Shown here in pieces: positions 38,601 to 52,500 of a DNA stretch of 64,000 bases. Location: positions 19,406,001-19,470,000 of the forward strand of contig OZ281497.1 of assembly GCA_965637545.1 (NCBI GenBank), in the 5' to 3' direction. The position numbers were made by a program, and so were the translations under genes. The DNA comes from Phallusia mammillata (lineage: Eukaryota). Within the stretch, counting starts at the first letter, position 1; every line of letters begins with the position of its first letter. The notes below the pieces were generated by a model. That model was not told where the DNA came from. It saw only the letters and a program-made list of their open reading frames with translations, and ran no database searches.

Positions 38601-41534
38601 ATATTGGCAATAATCCACACTCCATAGCTGAAACCTAATAAAAGTGGAACCCCATTTACTGTCATTCCTTCACTGCTCACACAGTTCTACAGCAATGATG
38701 TTATGTAACATTTTTTAATACAAGGTGACAGACTAATATAAAGTTTTGTATTTAATAAATTTATAGTTTAGTAACTTCAAAACTCATTCTAAAATCAACA
38801 TTCACCTAGTACTAAAATAACACATAGAGATAAGCTGAAATAGTTACCATCGCGTAAGAAAATAGAATAACTTAAAATAGATGAACTTACTGCAACTACA
38901 TCACTACTGTGGACATGTATGATACAATGCAGATCTGGACGAGCAGCATGAATTGCTGAGTGAAGTAGATAGCCAGTGCTGTTATATCCTAAAGTCGTTG
39001 AACCAGGATCAAGCACATCACCTTGCATATTGATCTAAAAACATTTTTTGTAAGGAATGTATCTAACCTTGGTCAATAAAATTCGACTTTACAGTTTCAT
39101 GAAAACTCAAAATTTTGCAAATTTTGAATAAGCTTTTGACAACAATTTTTTATGACACATAACAATTGTAATGATACATAACAATAAGGAAACCAAGTTT
39201 CAGTTTGACACACACAATGCCTAGTGGTTGAATAAATAGCACTTCTGACAGTCAAGAAGATTGGTTTGTTATTTTTAGGAAAGCAATGAGCTGTGAAGTT
39301 TAAGTGTGTATGCTGACAGCTGAAGAGTGTTTTAATGTTACCAGCACCAGTGAGAAAATTTACCACCAACATAGTAAAGCTTAACATATGCTACTGAGAA
39401 ACACAAATGCACTCACACTGTAATGACAGTAAATTACAAATGTTTACAATCTTTGCAAGACTTGGTTAATATGTAACAAAAGCTGACACACTTAGATATA
39501 ATTTAGCACCCATGATTAATAAATTTCAGTATTTTACCGAATATAGAGGTCTGTATTACCTTCAACAGTTTAGATGCAGAAACTTCATGGTATAGAAGAC
39601 CGAATGGATTAATCAGAAAGTGTTCCTGCTCCTGACTGACTCTAACCTGTTCAAAGAGCAGGTATTAATATGCAGTTGCAGTAATGCGCTCAATGTTTAC
39701 TATGTCAGTATTTACCACAAGTTATTCAACATGTAAACAATCCAAAAATTTCTATATCTTACAGTTATATGATTGTAAACTGTACTTGACCAGCCATAAA
39801 GGTCAACAATCCTATAGAGAGCAGCCAATTTGCATCGCAAGAGTTTTTCTCCTCTACTGTACATCGAGGCATCAGCCAAGGAAAAATCATTGATTGGGGA
39901 AACGCAGCCAATTCCTAGAAACAGGTTTTGTTTTAGAATAATATAATGCAATTAGATAGATTGCTTCGTTGTTTTTTTAAATTGACTTAACACATGCAAA
40001 TTTCTTATTAGGTTGAATTTGGCTATAATTTAACCAGGTAATCAATAGGTCTATTGCACCTGGAGACAAACCATGCCTTAACACACCAATATTAATAGCA
40101 GTACAATAACATTATCACCTCACAGACACAGCATGATTTACAAACATAAACAGTTTCGATAAATCTGGAGGTGATTTGTAGCAAACAATGGTTCTCCCAA
40201 ATCCCAATCACAAACAAAATTTCATTATAATATGTATTTTTGTACATCAAATATATAGTTTTTTGATTTGTTAAATGTCTTTTCTGTAAATTAATTGTTC
40301 TGAAACAAGCATAAATATTTAAATTGCCAACTTCCAATTAAATATATATACCACCACTTATTAAATGCTTTGAAAACTGATATGAATATGGGAGTACAGT
40401 ATGACATGACAGTGATATACATGTACATAACTTCTAACATTATAAGTAGCATTCTAATCCTATGTAAAGTGACCACCGATTGTTATTCATGCAATGCAGT
40501 GAATAGTAATAATTTATGATCTGTTCTCTGACTGAAGCATGTAATTACAAGTGACATTGCCAGGCACTGACTGTTCACCTGTTTTCATTCCAAGCATTGT
40601 ATTTCCTAAAGCAAAGCAGAAAAAACATATTGTCAGTTATATAACTTCACACCCACACAATACTAAGGCTTTAAGATATCACCTGCATTGCCAGTCATCT
40701 ACAATGTCCTGCTGTTTACATTTGAAATACTGCTTATTCTTGCTTAATAGTATGTAGAGGTATAACCGCAATTTTAATTTGAAAGTTAATACATCATGAA
40801 TTGTACATTACTGTGCACACAGACAATGTAAATGTGGCCAATGTTATCCAATCACAATAAAGCACTGTGCTTGGAACTCCACAAACACACAATTCAAACA
40901 TAAAGTTCAAACAAGACTTCTTAAATACTAAAAGATAAATTGCCTGTAAAGAAAATGAACACACCCTGAATGTCATTGAGCAACTTTTTTACCTTGTTGA
41001 AAACTTCGATTGCCTGGAGAAAAGAAATTTGCTATTTCCTTTGCAATAACATGCCCGCCACCTTGGCCTGATCTCAGCAAGTCAGTCACAGCAGTTTCTA
41101 GTTCTTCTTTGAAATACTAAATTTAAAAGATTTATGCAAAATTAGAGGGGTAAGTGAAACTTGAGCAGCAATTCAAGTAACACAATGAAAAAAAATTAAA
41201 TTGTACTCTTACATTGTACATTGATTATGTAACTACAGAACAGTTCAGAGTTTTTGCCAAGGCTCCAGACAGTTTACTGATAAAAAGTCAATAACTTCCT
41301 CTATTAGCCACACAAATTATTCCGAGAATGAAAAAAATCAATGTGACAGGTCAGATTTTAGCTTGCTAGGAAACAAAAATCCAAGCTTACTGGACTGGTC
41401 AATATATTTGACACCCTCTTTTTTTGTCCGAGTGAACTGACATCATTTTCAATATTGGTGGGTCGCTTGACAGAAGTTAATCCCAGTTCTTCCAAATGAT
41501 CACCATTGTGTGAATTGTTTAAATTGTCTGACAT
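32658..41534 (-). CDS. ADD1: Adducin (alpha-adducin/hts-like), 16 constitutive exons plus 1 candidate cassette, ~711-736 aa
   Basis: Exons in gene order: 41391-41534, 40993-41116, 40579-40605, 39763-39914, 39560-39646, 38891-39034, 38491-38634, 38245-38343, 37920-38096, 37007-37133, 36628-36776, 36419-36529, 36015-36101, (35299-35373), 34464-34605, 34037-34168, 32658-32947. Motifs: [30 protein letters not shown], class II aldolase head ([18 protein letters not shown]), GYRTGY, GPQSQLL, GPPNPF, and the C-terminal MARCKS-related [18 protein letters not shown]. Single ortholog of ADD1/2/3. Confidence 0.95.
33249..33552. mobile_element. hAT (Buster/Charlie-like) MITE in the last adducin intron
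   Basis: Left CAGGGGTAGGCAACC, right ...TACCCCTG, internal GCGGGCCGCA motif. TSD ATTTATAG/ATCTATAG (7/8). Confidence 0.75.
35299..35373 (-). CDS. Candidate 75-nt cassette exon of adducin ([25 protein letters not shown])
   Basis: Long polypyrimidine tract plus AG at 35374-35375, donor GAG/GTGACG. Phase 0-0, stop-free and frame-preserving. Confidence 0.55.
37168..37603. mobile_element. hAT (Buster/Charlie-like) MITE (436 bp) in adducin intron
   Basis: TIRs CAGTGGTTCTCAACC and GGTTGAGAAACACTG. Perfect TSD CTTTACAG. Subterminal GCGACCCC repeats. Confidence 0.92.
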
Positions 41535-43587
41535 CTTGAAAAAAATAGATTATAATTTTTATTTACAATTTATTTTCATTTAAAAGCATTTTGACAAATA
41601 ACCCTCCTTCTGCTAAATGATGCAACATGTCAGTAACAAGCTGAACTGAATGTCTCATATGACAACTTTGAAGGTATCAATTATGCAGCGAGTTTACCTC
41701 TTGGTTTTGTTGTGTTGGTAGTTGGGGAGATTTCATACCATCCAAGTTCTCATCATTTGAAGTAACAAGCAGCAAATAAAAACAATGAAAACATCAATTA
41801 CACGAAACACCCAAAAGCTAAAAACACAGATTCACACGCATCAAGCACAAATTTACCACAATACTATACATTAAATTCAGCGTTAAAATTGAGGATGAAA
41901 ACAAACAGCTACTTTTAAATTTCTGTTATCACTGCCTCCAAGTCACCACGGTACGTAACTAGCAAATGATTTTATCCATGGCTACACGTGATTCGCGCCT
42001 TCGCATGTTTGTCTTGGAGGGAAACCTGAGACCCTGTCATCGAAAACCGACTTGACCCTATTTGCAAACGCTGGTGCTGTCGTACTAAATTTCTAAAACA
42101 CCCTCTATCTGCTGACGCGCGCCATTATTGCTCAACAACGGCAGGCAAACAAGGACGATTGTTTTGGGCAATAACAATGGCGGGCGAACGCCTATGGCTG
42201 AAAATAAAACCCAATGCGGCCCAGCAATTGTCGTTGTAAAAGAAATGACGTAATCCTCAAGTGTTTGCTTGGCAAACAGGACCGACTCGACATCGCGCAA
42301 ACCTAGAATGAAAAATGGATTACAGATGGCACCTCACTAAACCAAACTGAACTTGATGTCAACAGATAACATTAGCAGAATATTAACTTGACTGCTACAA
42401 AACACAAAAGCGGAATCCCGCTGTGCGTTGTATTGCGCCGCTTTTCAAACAAAGCCGAAGGATTATTATCTACGCTCAAGTAAGCTGCAAGTGAGAAAAA
42501 ATCGCAGCAAGACTCAATCCAAATATTAGGTTGTCAAAGAACCGCGACAAACATACCTAACACCGTAGGTTTTGTTTCTTTTCACATCATTTAGGTTATA
42601 GTTTATTTGTCCCAAAAGAATCAAGTGAAGGCAAGATATTCTCAAGGGAAACACGGCGACAACAACTTCCTGTTGTATCATTCAACCTAAAATCCTTATC
42701 ATTTTGTTAGGTAACTTCAACATACAGTCTCAAGTTTAGCCTACTAGATGCGATTTAACGAGTCTATTCGAAATCGTAGTAAAACCAACTACGGCTCACG
42801 TTGGTCGTCTTTCAGTTTCAGCGGTAGTTCATCAAATATTTACGTCGATTTCATTCTGAATACATCTGCCCTTGACCACCTTTGTGGCTGTTATGTACCA
42901 GGCTTACAACTCATGCATCAGATCTAGATTTGTTTTTTACAATCACACAACACAAACTAGTGGAACATATACGGCACACCGCGAAGTGCTTTGGGTGATA
43001 AACGGACAATAATTACAGTGCATGTGAATATTCTGAACTTACAGCGTCATGAGCCAAAACGAAAATAAATCACGATTAAACAAATCATTGTTCATTTACA
43101 AGCTGCTTGGAAAGCACTGTTGCAAAATTTTCTACTTTATAAGAGAATGACAAAATGTCGGGGACCGCCTAAAAAGAAGGTGAAAAAGTTGACGAACTTG
43201 ACCTTCAAAATATAACGCATGAGACCATGCTAAAGTTTTTCTGTGACATGAAGAGTTCAGCTCAACAAACAAAATAATGACGAAATTGGACGAAGCAAGT
43301 ATACAAACCAACTTTAAGTGTTCGTATGTGAACGCTTTGCTGCTATATTTAGGAATGTACAGTAAATCATAAATCAATGTTCAAAAGTTCGATAAAGCAA
43401 AGAAGTTTGGTTTTAGTCGTAAATTGCCATCTTCTGCTGGACAAGCGCAATAATACCGTGATTGGACTTCGGAAGGTGAAGAAAACATTTTTACTGTGCA
43501 TATGTTGATTTTGTATTGATTCTTGAGTATGTACAGTTAATCTTGAATAAATCAACGTTCGTGCTGAAAAAAGTAGTTGTTGCTTTT

Positions 43588-46500
43588 CTAATTCTCATCG
43601 CTATCATAATCGTCCGCTGGTTCCTGCTTCCTCTTGGACGTTGCTTCCGTTAGAGGGCGCATCTGTCCTGCACCAATCAAACCCTGTGCCGCGTTAAACA
43701 GGTTGATGGGCGAATTGCCGTCGGTGAAGATGGTCGACTTGATACCGAGGCTTCCGAGAAGTTTCACCTGTGGAAAATGTTATCCCATATAAATGAGGTC
43801 AAGCGAGTTCCGTTTTTTTTTAAATATTGTGTTCGCGAGTTTATTATAGGGCATAAACATCTTGTCAAACATCCGTTATTAGACCATCTCCGTACGTATC
43901 ATACCCCGCACAGTTCACTTTTAGATTTTATTGTAGCAAATAAAAATGATCTGATTTTAAGAATAGGAACTTGACAATTCTAAACGGATTGAAGAAGTAC
44001 AATGTACAAACAAAAGTTTTTCCTATACAGAGTGTTTTAAAAATAAAGTGTGTGATTTAAGTTAATCTTTAGATCTTTCTACACGACAAAACACCTTAAA
44101 GCGTTTTCTGTGACCATGGATCAGAGCTTTAACAGGAGTCGGGCGTTTTAAGTCGTAGTAAAGTTCGGGACTTTATTTGAATAAAACAGGCTTCAGTCGG
44201 TTCCGCTAACCACCCTGCCCTGGATACACAGAGATTTAACAACATGCCCATGACAACATTTAAGCAACAGTACAATGGTCTGTAGTGATCACATTACCAT
44301 AACAATATCGATGATTACGTCAGTGTGTGTTTTACCACGTGATTAATGAGACCCCAAAACAAACCAATGACGAACCTGCATTTCAGGACCGGCCACAGCA
44401 ATCGCCCGAATGGTGTCAGTTCCAATCGCCCCAATCATGTTGCCGAATTTCTCAGTCTCGATCTTCGACAGTTCCTTCTCCTTGTTGATTTGAAGTTGAT
44501 TTTGCTCGCTCAAATATTTCAACTCGGCTTCGCGGGCTTTGCCCATACGATTCAACTCCGATTCCTATGGAAATAAATTTATTTAAACGATGTTGCCATT
44601 ACTTTTATGCATGGTGACGTCATTATTAAGAACCAAAAGGTTTTACAAGCGGTTTTACTAAAGCTAGTATATATCGTTTTGACTTTAGAATAAAAGTTAG
44701 TTTTTTGCTCTTTATTTTGAGAATATAGCATAAAAGTTGGACTTTTGCCTTATATTTTAGGAATATAGCATAAATATCAGGTGTTTGAAAAAAAAAGATT
44801 GAAACTAGAAAGGTGGCTTTCTAATATACTTCCATTTTATATATTCTATGTCCTATATTACCAATTTACTTTACATATCGTTTGATCTACACATATGATT
44901 GCTTTTACAAGCAAAAACAAATGGGTCCCCACACGCGCGTTTGTGCGGATTTACAGCAAACAGATGTTCCGGTTATTTTTAGATTTTTAAGAAAAAACTT
45001 TCAAAAGGCATTAACCCAACTTTAAGTTTTGTCCGTATTCTTTTTGCATCATTATTGTCATATAATTACAAAAAAAACAGTAAATAAGAACGGGAAAAAT
45101 ACTTTCAATTTAATCTCATGCTTTGACCCAGATATTGTCGTTCAATGTCAGTTTTTGAAAACAATTTTCAAAACTAAAAATGTGCGTGATAACTTAATAA
45201 AACGACATAGCATAGCTGCGCAAAAACAGCTGATTTCTAATCACCGAAAAGACTGTCTCGTAAAACGTACAGCCGTTTTTAAAAAAATCGTTTTGGGGGC
45301 CTGTGGGTGAACCGCAGGTTCATTCGGGGTCAAACTTAAAAAGGATCAAATCTGGATTAATAACTAACATCTGTGCAAATTTGAATACATTTAAAGCACT
45401 CCTTCTCGCCAAACGCGTTTAACAAACCAGCGTTAGACAGAAACTAATGTTTTGGGGTTTTAAAGGGTGAAAATGGGTAAATCTTTTTTTAAGGTTAAAA
45501 AATCTTTAAAATACCTTACATTTCACCAAACAACAAAGCATATAACTCCTAATTGATGTACTTTAGTCAGTACAGCCGTTTTAAAAAAAAACGTTTTGGG
45601 GGCCTGTGGGTGAACCGCTGGGTCAATCGGGGTCAAACTTCAGGAGGATCAAATTTTGGTTATTAACTAACATCTCTGTAAATTTGAATACACTTAACGC
45701 ACTCTTTCTTGACCAAACGCGTCTCACAAACCAGCGTTAGACAGAAAAAAGAAAAAAAAATACGGACCAAAACAATATGTGTCCCCTTCAGGAAGGGGAC
45801 CCATAAATAAACGTAAAAACACATTTAACATTTTAACATCATGCATGATGCTGTTGCCCAAAGGTATGAAATTGAAAACTTACCGCTTCAATCGCCATAG
45901 CTTCTGCCTTTAAACGCGCTTGTTCTACGGCAGCTTCACCCTCAATTCTCGCAGCTTCAGCACGAGATTGAGCTTCTGCCTTTGCCTGCCCAGTACTCTC
46001 TATCGCCGCACTCTGCGACTGGAGTTCGAGAAGATTCCTTTTGGACTTCTCAGCCTCCGCTTCATCGGAGATCTTTTGTCGTTCAAGACGACCGCGGGCC
46101 TCTTGCTCTGTGCGTTCGGCTTCGTGTCTGAAATCATTATTTTTTAACCACAATCATGAGCAACTCCAGAATATTAAAATTTTGAAACGTATGTAACCAT
46201 TTTTTGAACCATTTTTGAAACGTATTTAACCATTTTTAAAACGTATATAACCACTGTTTTAGACAATTTTGAAAACGTATAACTTATAACCATTTTTTGA
46301 AACATTTTAAAAACACATAAAACCATCATTTTAAAGACGTATGTAACCATTTTTTTGAAACATTTTTAAAACGTATTTAACCATTTCTGAAACGTATATA
46401 ACCACTGTTATGGATAATTTTGAAACGTACATAACCATTTTTAAAACGTACATAATTATTTTTTGGTAACGCTTTGATAGACTTAAAAGTTGGTTTTTAA

Positions 46501-49500
46501 ATGCGCGTCTTCTGTTGCCACGCGATACAAAGCGAATGACACAATATGAGTGAAAGTACTGGTATGCAGAATACGGGAGAAAATACAGTGGGTGCATGGC
46601 TTCTATTTAAACCAGAATCGTGACGTAAGTAGCTCTATGTGTGTGACGTTGTGTACGTACAACAAAGATGTGTCAAAACCCTAGAGATTCGCGCCTTTAG
46701 ATGAATATAGTAATTCAAACCCATTAGGTCACTGCAAACAATTTTTGCCTTTGATCTGACTAAAATAGGGCTTTTATGATAAGGGCTTTAAACTACACTA
46801 TGATCGAATAACTCTCAATTCAAACGTAACCCATTATACATGGTCACATAGATTATATTGGGCTTCACTTTCCAAGCCACTTTACTGTCGCTGCCGGATA
46901 TTCCTGCTTACCTTGCAGTTGCCTCCTGTGAATTGGTTGTGATTTCTATGGCCAGCTGCACGGATTTAAGCAGCGAGTCACGTGTTCGTTGGTCGACTGG
47001 CTCCACAGACTGGATGTCGATTGACGTCACAGCCAAACTATTCTGCGGGAAATCGAAACGATCGCGAACTTTTCTGTTCTCGTCGATTCCGAACACAGAA
47101 GAGCGAATGATGCGGGACGAGTTCTGTGCAAAAAATATGCGCAATTAACTTCGTTTTGCTAAAAGTCACCAAATACGGTTCTATGCAGTATCATCACTCA
47201 TGTCACCTATATGCTTTGGCGGCTCCTCTTTTGTAAGTATCAGTGTAGGAAACACAAAACACAAGTTATTGGTGTTATTATGTTAAGCACAGGAGATATA
47301 TTTACCCGTCTCATATGACATTTAAATTTGTAATGGATAAAAAATATTATAGGTTAGAACACTTTGCGACACACTAAAATCGTCTGTCACGACGCACCAT
47401 GCGTGCCGTGGGTAGCGGTTGCGAAACATGGTCCCACTAAGAAATAGTTTACACATGTTTTTTTGTGAAGAAATCACGAGGCATGGCTTAAACCAGCGCT
47501 TTTCAACCAGATTTATGTGGTGATCCCCAGGGTGTACCACAACAGTCACATGGTGAATGGTTACAATCAAAAAAGTTATGTAAGCGTGAATCATTTGCAG
47601 TATACCAACGCCCGTTTTAAACAGTGTAGCTTTCTGGAAAAATACTCATTTTTTTTCTTAACATTTTCATTTTATCAATCACAAAGGTTTCCGGAAATGC
47701 ATCATCTGTTATAAAGGGATGCATGATAAGAAACAATTGTTGACAAGCGCGGTCTTAAATGCGGATGCATACGCTATAAGCATCACCTACCTTGTGGAAA
47801 TCGTCGAAGCTGACGGAAGCAACAGCTCCTCTGACACGTGATGCAATCGCCTTACACATATCACCTACGAAGTCGGGAACGCTGAACAACTTCGCAGCGT
47901 CAGCCTGACTTTGCTGCGCTTTTGTAATGTCGAAGTGCCTTAAGTGCAAAGGTACATAGTGTTGAAGTAAAGCTTGTGGGGTGTTGAAAATACCAGTGAG
48001 CAAAACATGCTCACTTGATTCATGTATCCGCGACCCCTTGAAAGTTTACTGTTGAGAGTATTATTATACTTTCACTTTGCCCTCGCCTCCTAACCCCATC
48101 AAAAATTAAAAATATTACTTTGACCATAGCAAAAAACGTACACTATAACTGCCACATATTATTTTACTACCACAATATTACGGTTATATTATTGCAGACT
48201 TAGGCAGACTACAATTTACAATCTTTCACTTATAAGGCGAAATAAAATGCCATGGACGCCTTTTTTGGACGATTTACAGACATAGTTTCACACCAATTAC
48301 TTAGTATATACCAGTTGTATGCAAGCTGCAAGGATAGGCGAGCGTGGTCGGCTGTCTCAATAGTGATGACGTCGGTGCAAAAGTCGGGTCCCAAAAGTAG
48401 AGCAAGGGACCTGATGACGTTGGGGCGCTTGGGTTTCCCCCCAGACAACGAGAGCTGGGTGAAATGCTCGTCGGGCCCAAGCATCACCAGATGGGGACCA
48501 AAAACCACTCTGGAATAGAAAAATGTTTAAATTAAACACAGCATGATATACAAAGTAAGTGCAGTTTTCATTGACATCAACACCATCGTAAAAACGTTTG
48601 CTGGATTCTTGACCGCAGTTTGATATAGAGCAGTGATTCTCAACTAGACCACTAGTGGTACGTGATGACTTTTTAGGTGGTCCACAAAAAGTTAATTTTA
48701 CTGGGTGATGAACTGGAAATAGTTCCATGTCATTTATTGTCTATTCAGTACGAAAAAAGGGCAGTTGTTTGCTTGATTCATATCACTCCTTCAAATTCTT
48801 TGTTGAAGGAATATATTTTAGGTCAAGATTCTTGTTGTGGACGCTTTCTTTATCCTTACGCAACAATGGATTGGTCCACGATATTCTTTTAGTTGAACTG
48901 GTGGTCAATAGACTGAAACGAGTTGAGAACCACTGACATAGGGGAATGAGGAAAATAATTGTTGTACGTTTCATGCTGCGAAGTTTGTGAAAAGATGTAG
49001 ACCTATACCAAGAACTTTAATGGGCCAGTGACCAGCCTACACATAAAAAATATTTTGTGTGCAGTAAATGGGCCATCTAAATAGATCACACAAGCCCTTT
49101 CCCGCTACAATGCTTAATAACGTTAGTTTATTCAACCTTTAATATTTTTAAGGACAAATATCTAAATGAATATTTTAGGAAATTTATCGTTCAAAACCAA
49201 TATTTCTGATTTTTTTCGGTCGATTGTGTATTACGATGGTTTGGGTTATTACGTTTTTCAAAAATCTATACCTAGCCTTCTTCTCTTTGTAATCGTAGAT
49301 TTGAACGCAGGCGTTGTGAGGAACTCGGAAAGTCACAACTTGGGTTTTGTTTCGTGCCCCTGAAGCGTCACCTGTTGAAAAGGTAGAAGACGATTCAAAT
49401 CACACAACCCCATTGTCGTACTGTTAACAATCGGTGCACCCTCTTGCTCGCACACTAAGTTGAATACAAACGTTACAAACAAGGCATGGGACTACAAATT

Positions 49501-52500
49501 ATAAGCTGCGGAAAAAATCGTTTTGGTACATTGGTTACTGGTACAAACACTAATTCGGTTTCACGTTTCGTTTCACAGAAAACGAAAATCTGACAACTAT
49601 GCTATACGAAGTCGAGAAAGCGTTACACGCAAATGTCTACGGGTTATTGGGTACGTGCACACTTATTTAGAACCAGACACACACGGAAGAATTGTAATCT
49701 TACAAAAAGTAGAATGTTGTGTTTGAACAAATTATGGCCTTCTACATGCACTAAGCGCAACTTAACTCTGAATAGGGAGGATTGCTGTTGCTGCTGTGCT
49801 TGTTGCATTGGAAGCTGGTCAACTGCTTGGTTCATTGCTTGAAACGACATGCCCTCGAATGGCACCGCTCTGACGGCTTAAATAACGAAAATTTTATCAT
49901 GCCTTTTTAACCCAAACATAAGCTATGTACAACTGATATTAATGGCCATCATGTTGTAGAGGACATAATTTATGAAAGGGTATACTACTTGCGGATTATT
50001 GTCATAAATTATAACCTTATTTAGTAAGGGGGAGACACTTTCTGCCGATTTTGTGCGATTTTTTGGCCTTAAACTACAAGATACTGGTTTGGTGCCAAGT
50101 GCGACCCAAACTGCTAAATAATAGGCAGACATATGAAATAAAAACAACTCCCCAACTTGTTGCACACATAACAGCTGATGCGTAAAAAAACAGTTCACAT
50201 TCGAGTGAAAAAAGAAAAGAGCGAACGAGCTGCACGTGCATATTACTGGCAACACACAGCCGAAACCGGATCCTGTCACGAGACGCTATGGCGTGATTTT
50301 AAAACCAAAACTGCTAAATTTTGCGGGCCTTTGGTATGTGGGTATTTCTGACGAATGGCCTGAGTCGATTGGGTAAACAAATTAATGCTTTTGTTTGCTA
50401 TCTTTGTCTTCGTCCGGTTAAAGGCTAAGCAACTGGTTAATGTCCTACAGCTTTCCACGCAACGTCGAGTGAAATATTAATGTGTGGACAAACGACAACA
50501 CCAACCAGCCCCAGCCGTTTTGTTGACACAACTGTTCAACATTTTTGTTCTCAAAGCAATCTGAGCGTCGTAACCATTTTTTTGAAATATATACTTTCAC
50601 TGCAATTTTTTTGATAGTCCGATAAACAAACGTGAGTTTTTCTTATTTTATCAGCTGCCATACGTTATGCTGGCTAAGCTAGTTTCATTTTGTGTCACTA
50701 AAAGAGGGATTTTGGAAGTTAAATAGAATGTGCTTCTGTTATGAAACGCGGTATCTTTTGATGTATTGAAACAATTGCAAAATAAAAACTGATATGGGTT
50801 ACAAGAATTCTTGCAAAAAAGGTACCTCATGTCCCCAAAAAGCAACTGTAACTTATACTTACCGGAACCACGCTTGCCTCGGTCAGCTAAAGGGTCGCGG
50901 TCTGCACTAAGCAGTCCCTCAACGGTTGGTGGAAGGTTTTTCTCCCATAGCTCTTCGTCGTGTGTGAGCATGTACGTGCGTCCACACACACTCCGTACCT
51001 TTACAAACACGGAGGTGTTACCGAAACGCGACCGTTGGAACAAATACGTCTTTTGTCGTCTCTTGTGTAGCTAAACCTATTGGTATGGTAATAAGCTGGC
51101 ACTTGCTTAACAAAACCTTTAGTGGCAAGGTTGGCATCATGGTGTTGGTGGTACATTTATTAGCTGGTCCCTAAGGCCAGGAAGCAGAAGACTCGTATCA
51201 TTTGGTATTGTCAAAACTGTCGTATAAACGAGTACCTGCACAGCGGCTTGTTTTGAGAATAAAACTTGGTGGCAAAATTGGGAAGATTCAGGAGTATTTA
51301 AATGTACACACTAAAACAAAACTTTTTTGAGATATTTTTGTAATGCACACCTTTCCAGTTTTCATGTCCCTCACATAGATACCCTCACTTTCATCCAAGG
51401 CAATTGCCTTTCTCTTGGCATGAACCAAAACCTCCACAGTCGGAACATACTCACATGGTCCACGAATCATCCACCTTAACACAAAAACATCCTGTTGCAC
51501 ATTGCTTCTACAATTACATGTGGAGTTATTGTAAACAAACATAGCAAAATACTGCCGACAATTGTTTTAATCATACCGGTCACCAGGTTTCCTTTCGCAG
51601 TCATTATCCTTATCGTAACATGTTTCTGCAGCTTTAAGGATCAGACCTTCATCCTCTCCAAGTACATAAACATCCTTAAGAGACAAAGTTGAATAAATTT
51701 ACTTGTGTAACAAAAACCATTTAAGGTGACTCTAAGATATTTGTAAGCAACCTGAATTCCACGCTCCAATTTCTCTCCTGGTTGAATAAAAAAGGAAGAT
51801 TCTCCTTTGACCAGTTTTCTCTTTCCAAGCTGGTTCTTTCCATCTTCCCCAACAGGATTGACCACAACACAATACTGTCTACTGGTAAGTGTTGTTACAT
51901 TCACAATCCCCTTAACCTGATACAGAAAGTGTAGAGTTTAAAATTGTGACAACATTTTTGATCCAGTATTGATATTTTTGGGGTTGGCTGGTGGCATTGT
52001 TGAACAATATCAGGCATTTAAAACAAAAACTATAGGCAATGGATATTAGCAGTTAACCAAACTTGTTTTAGTTGACAAATATGTGAAAAGGCTGGTACAT
52101 GAAACTGCAAGCCAGAATAGGTTTATTAGTTTATATTTGCACCATTATTTCCAGCAAACAATATGGCATTTTTTGTCTCTTAGTGTCACTGGCTTGCATA
52201 GTGAAAGTTTGTATGTACCTCTTCATGTACATCTGGAATGTGGGAATCAGTATCAGCCATAGTAATAAGCCATTCCTCTCCATTCTTTCGCTTTACGTCC
52301 ATGAAATCCTTAAATGTTCGACTTGCTTGCATGTGCAAAGCAACCTATAGGAAATCAAGAAAGAATCAAAATCCATTACATCACTTCTTGTGACAAAACA
52401 TTACCTTTTCTGTCAAGACATAGGCATCAACCATTGCTACCACTTCCTCATATACACCTGGCAAATAGGCTCCAACCTTTTTGATTAACCATTCTTCACC

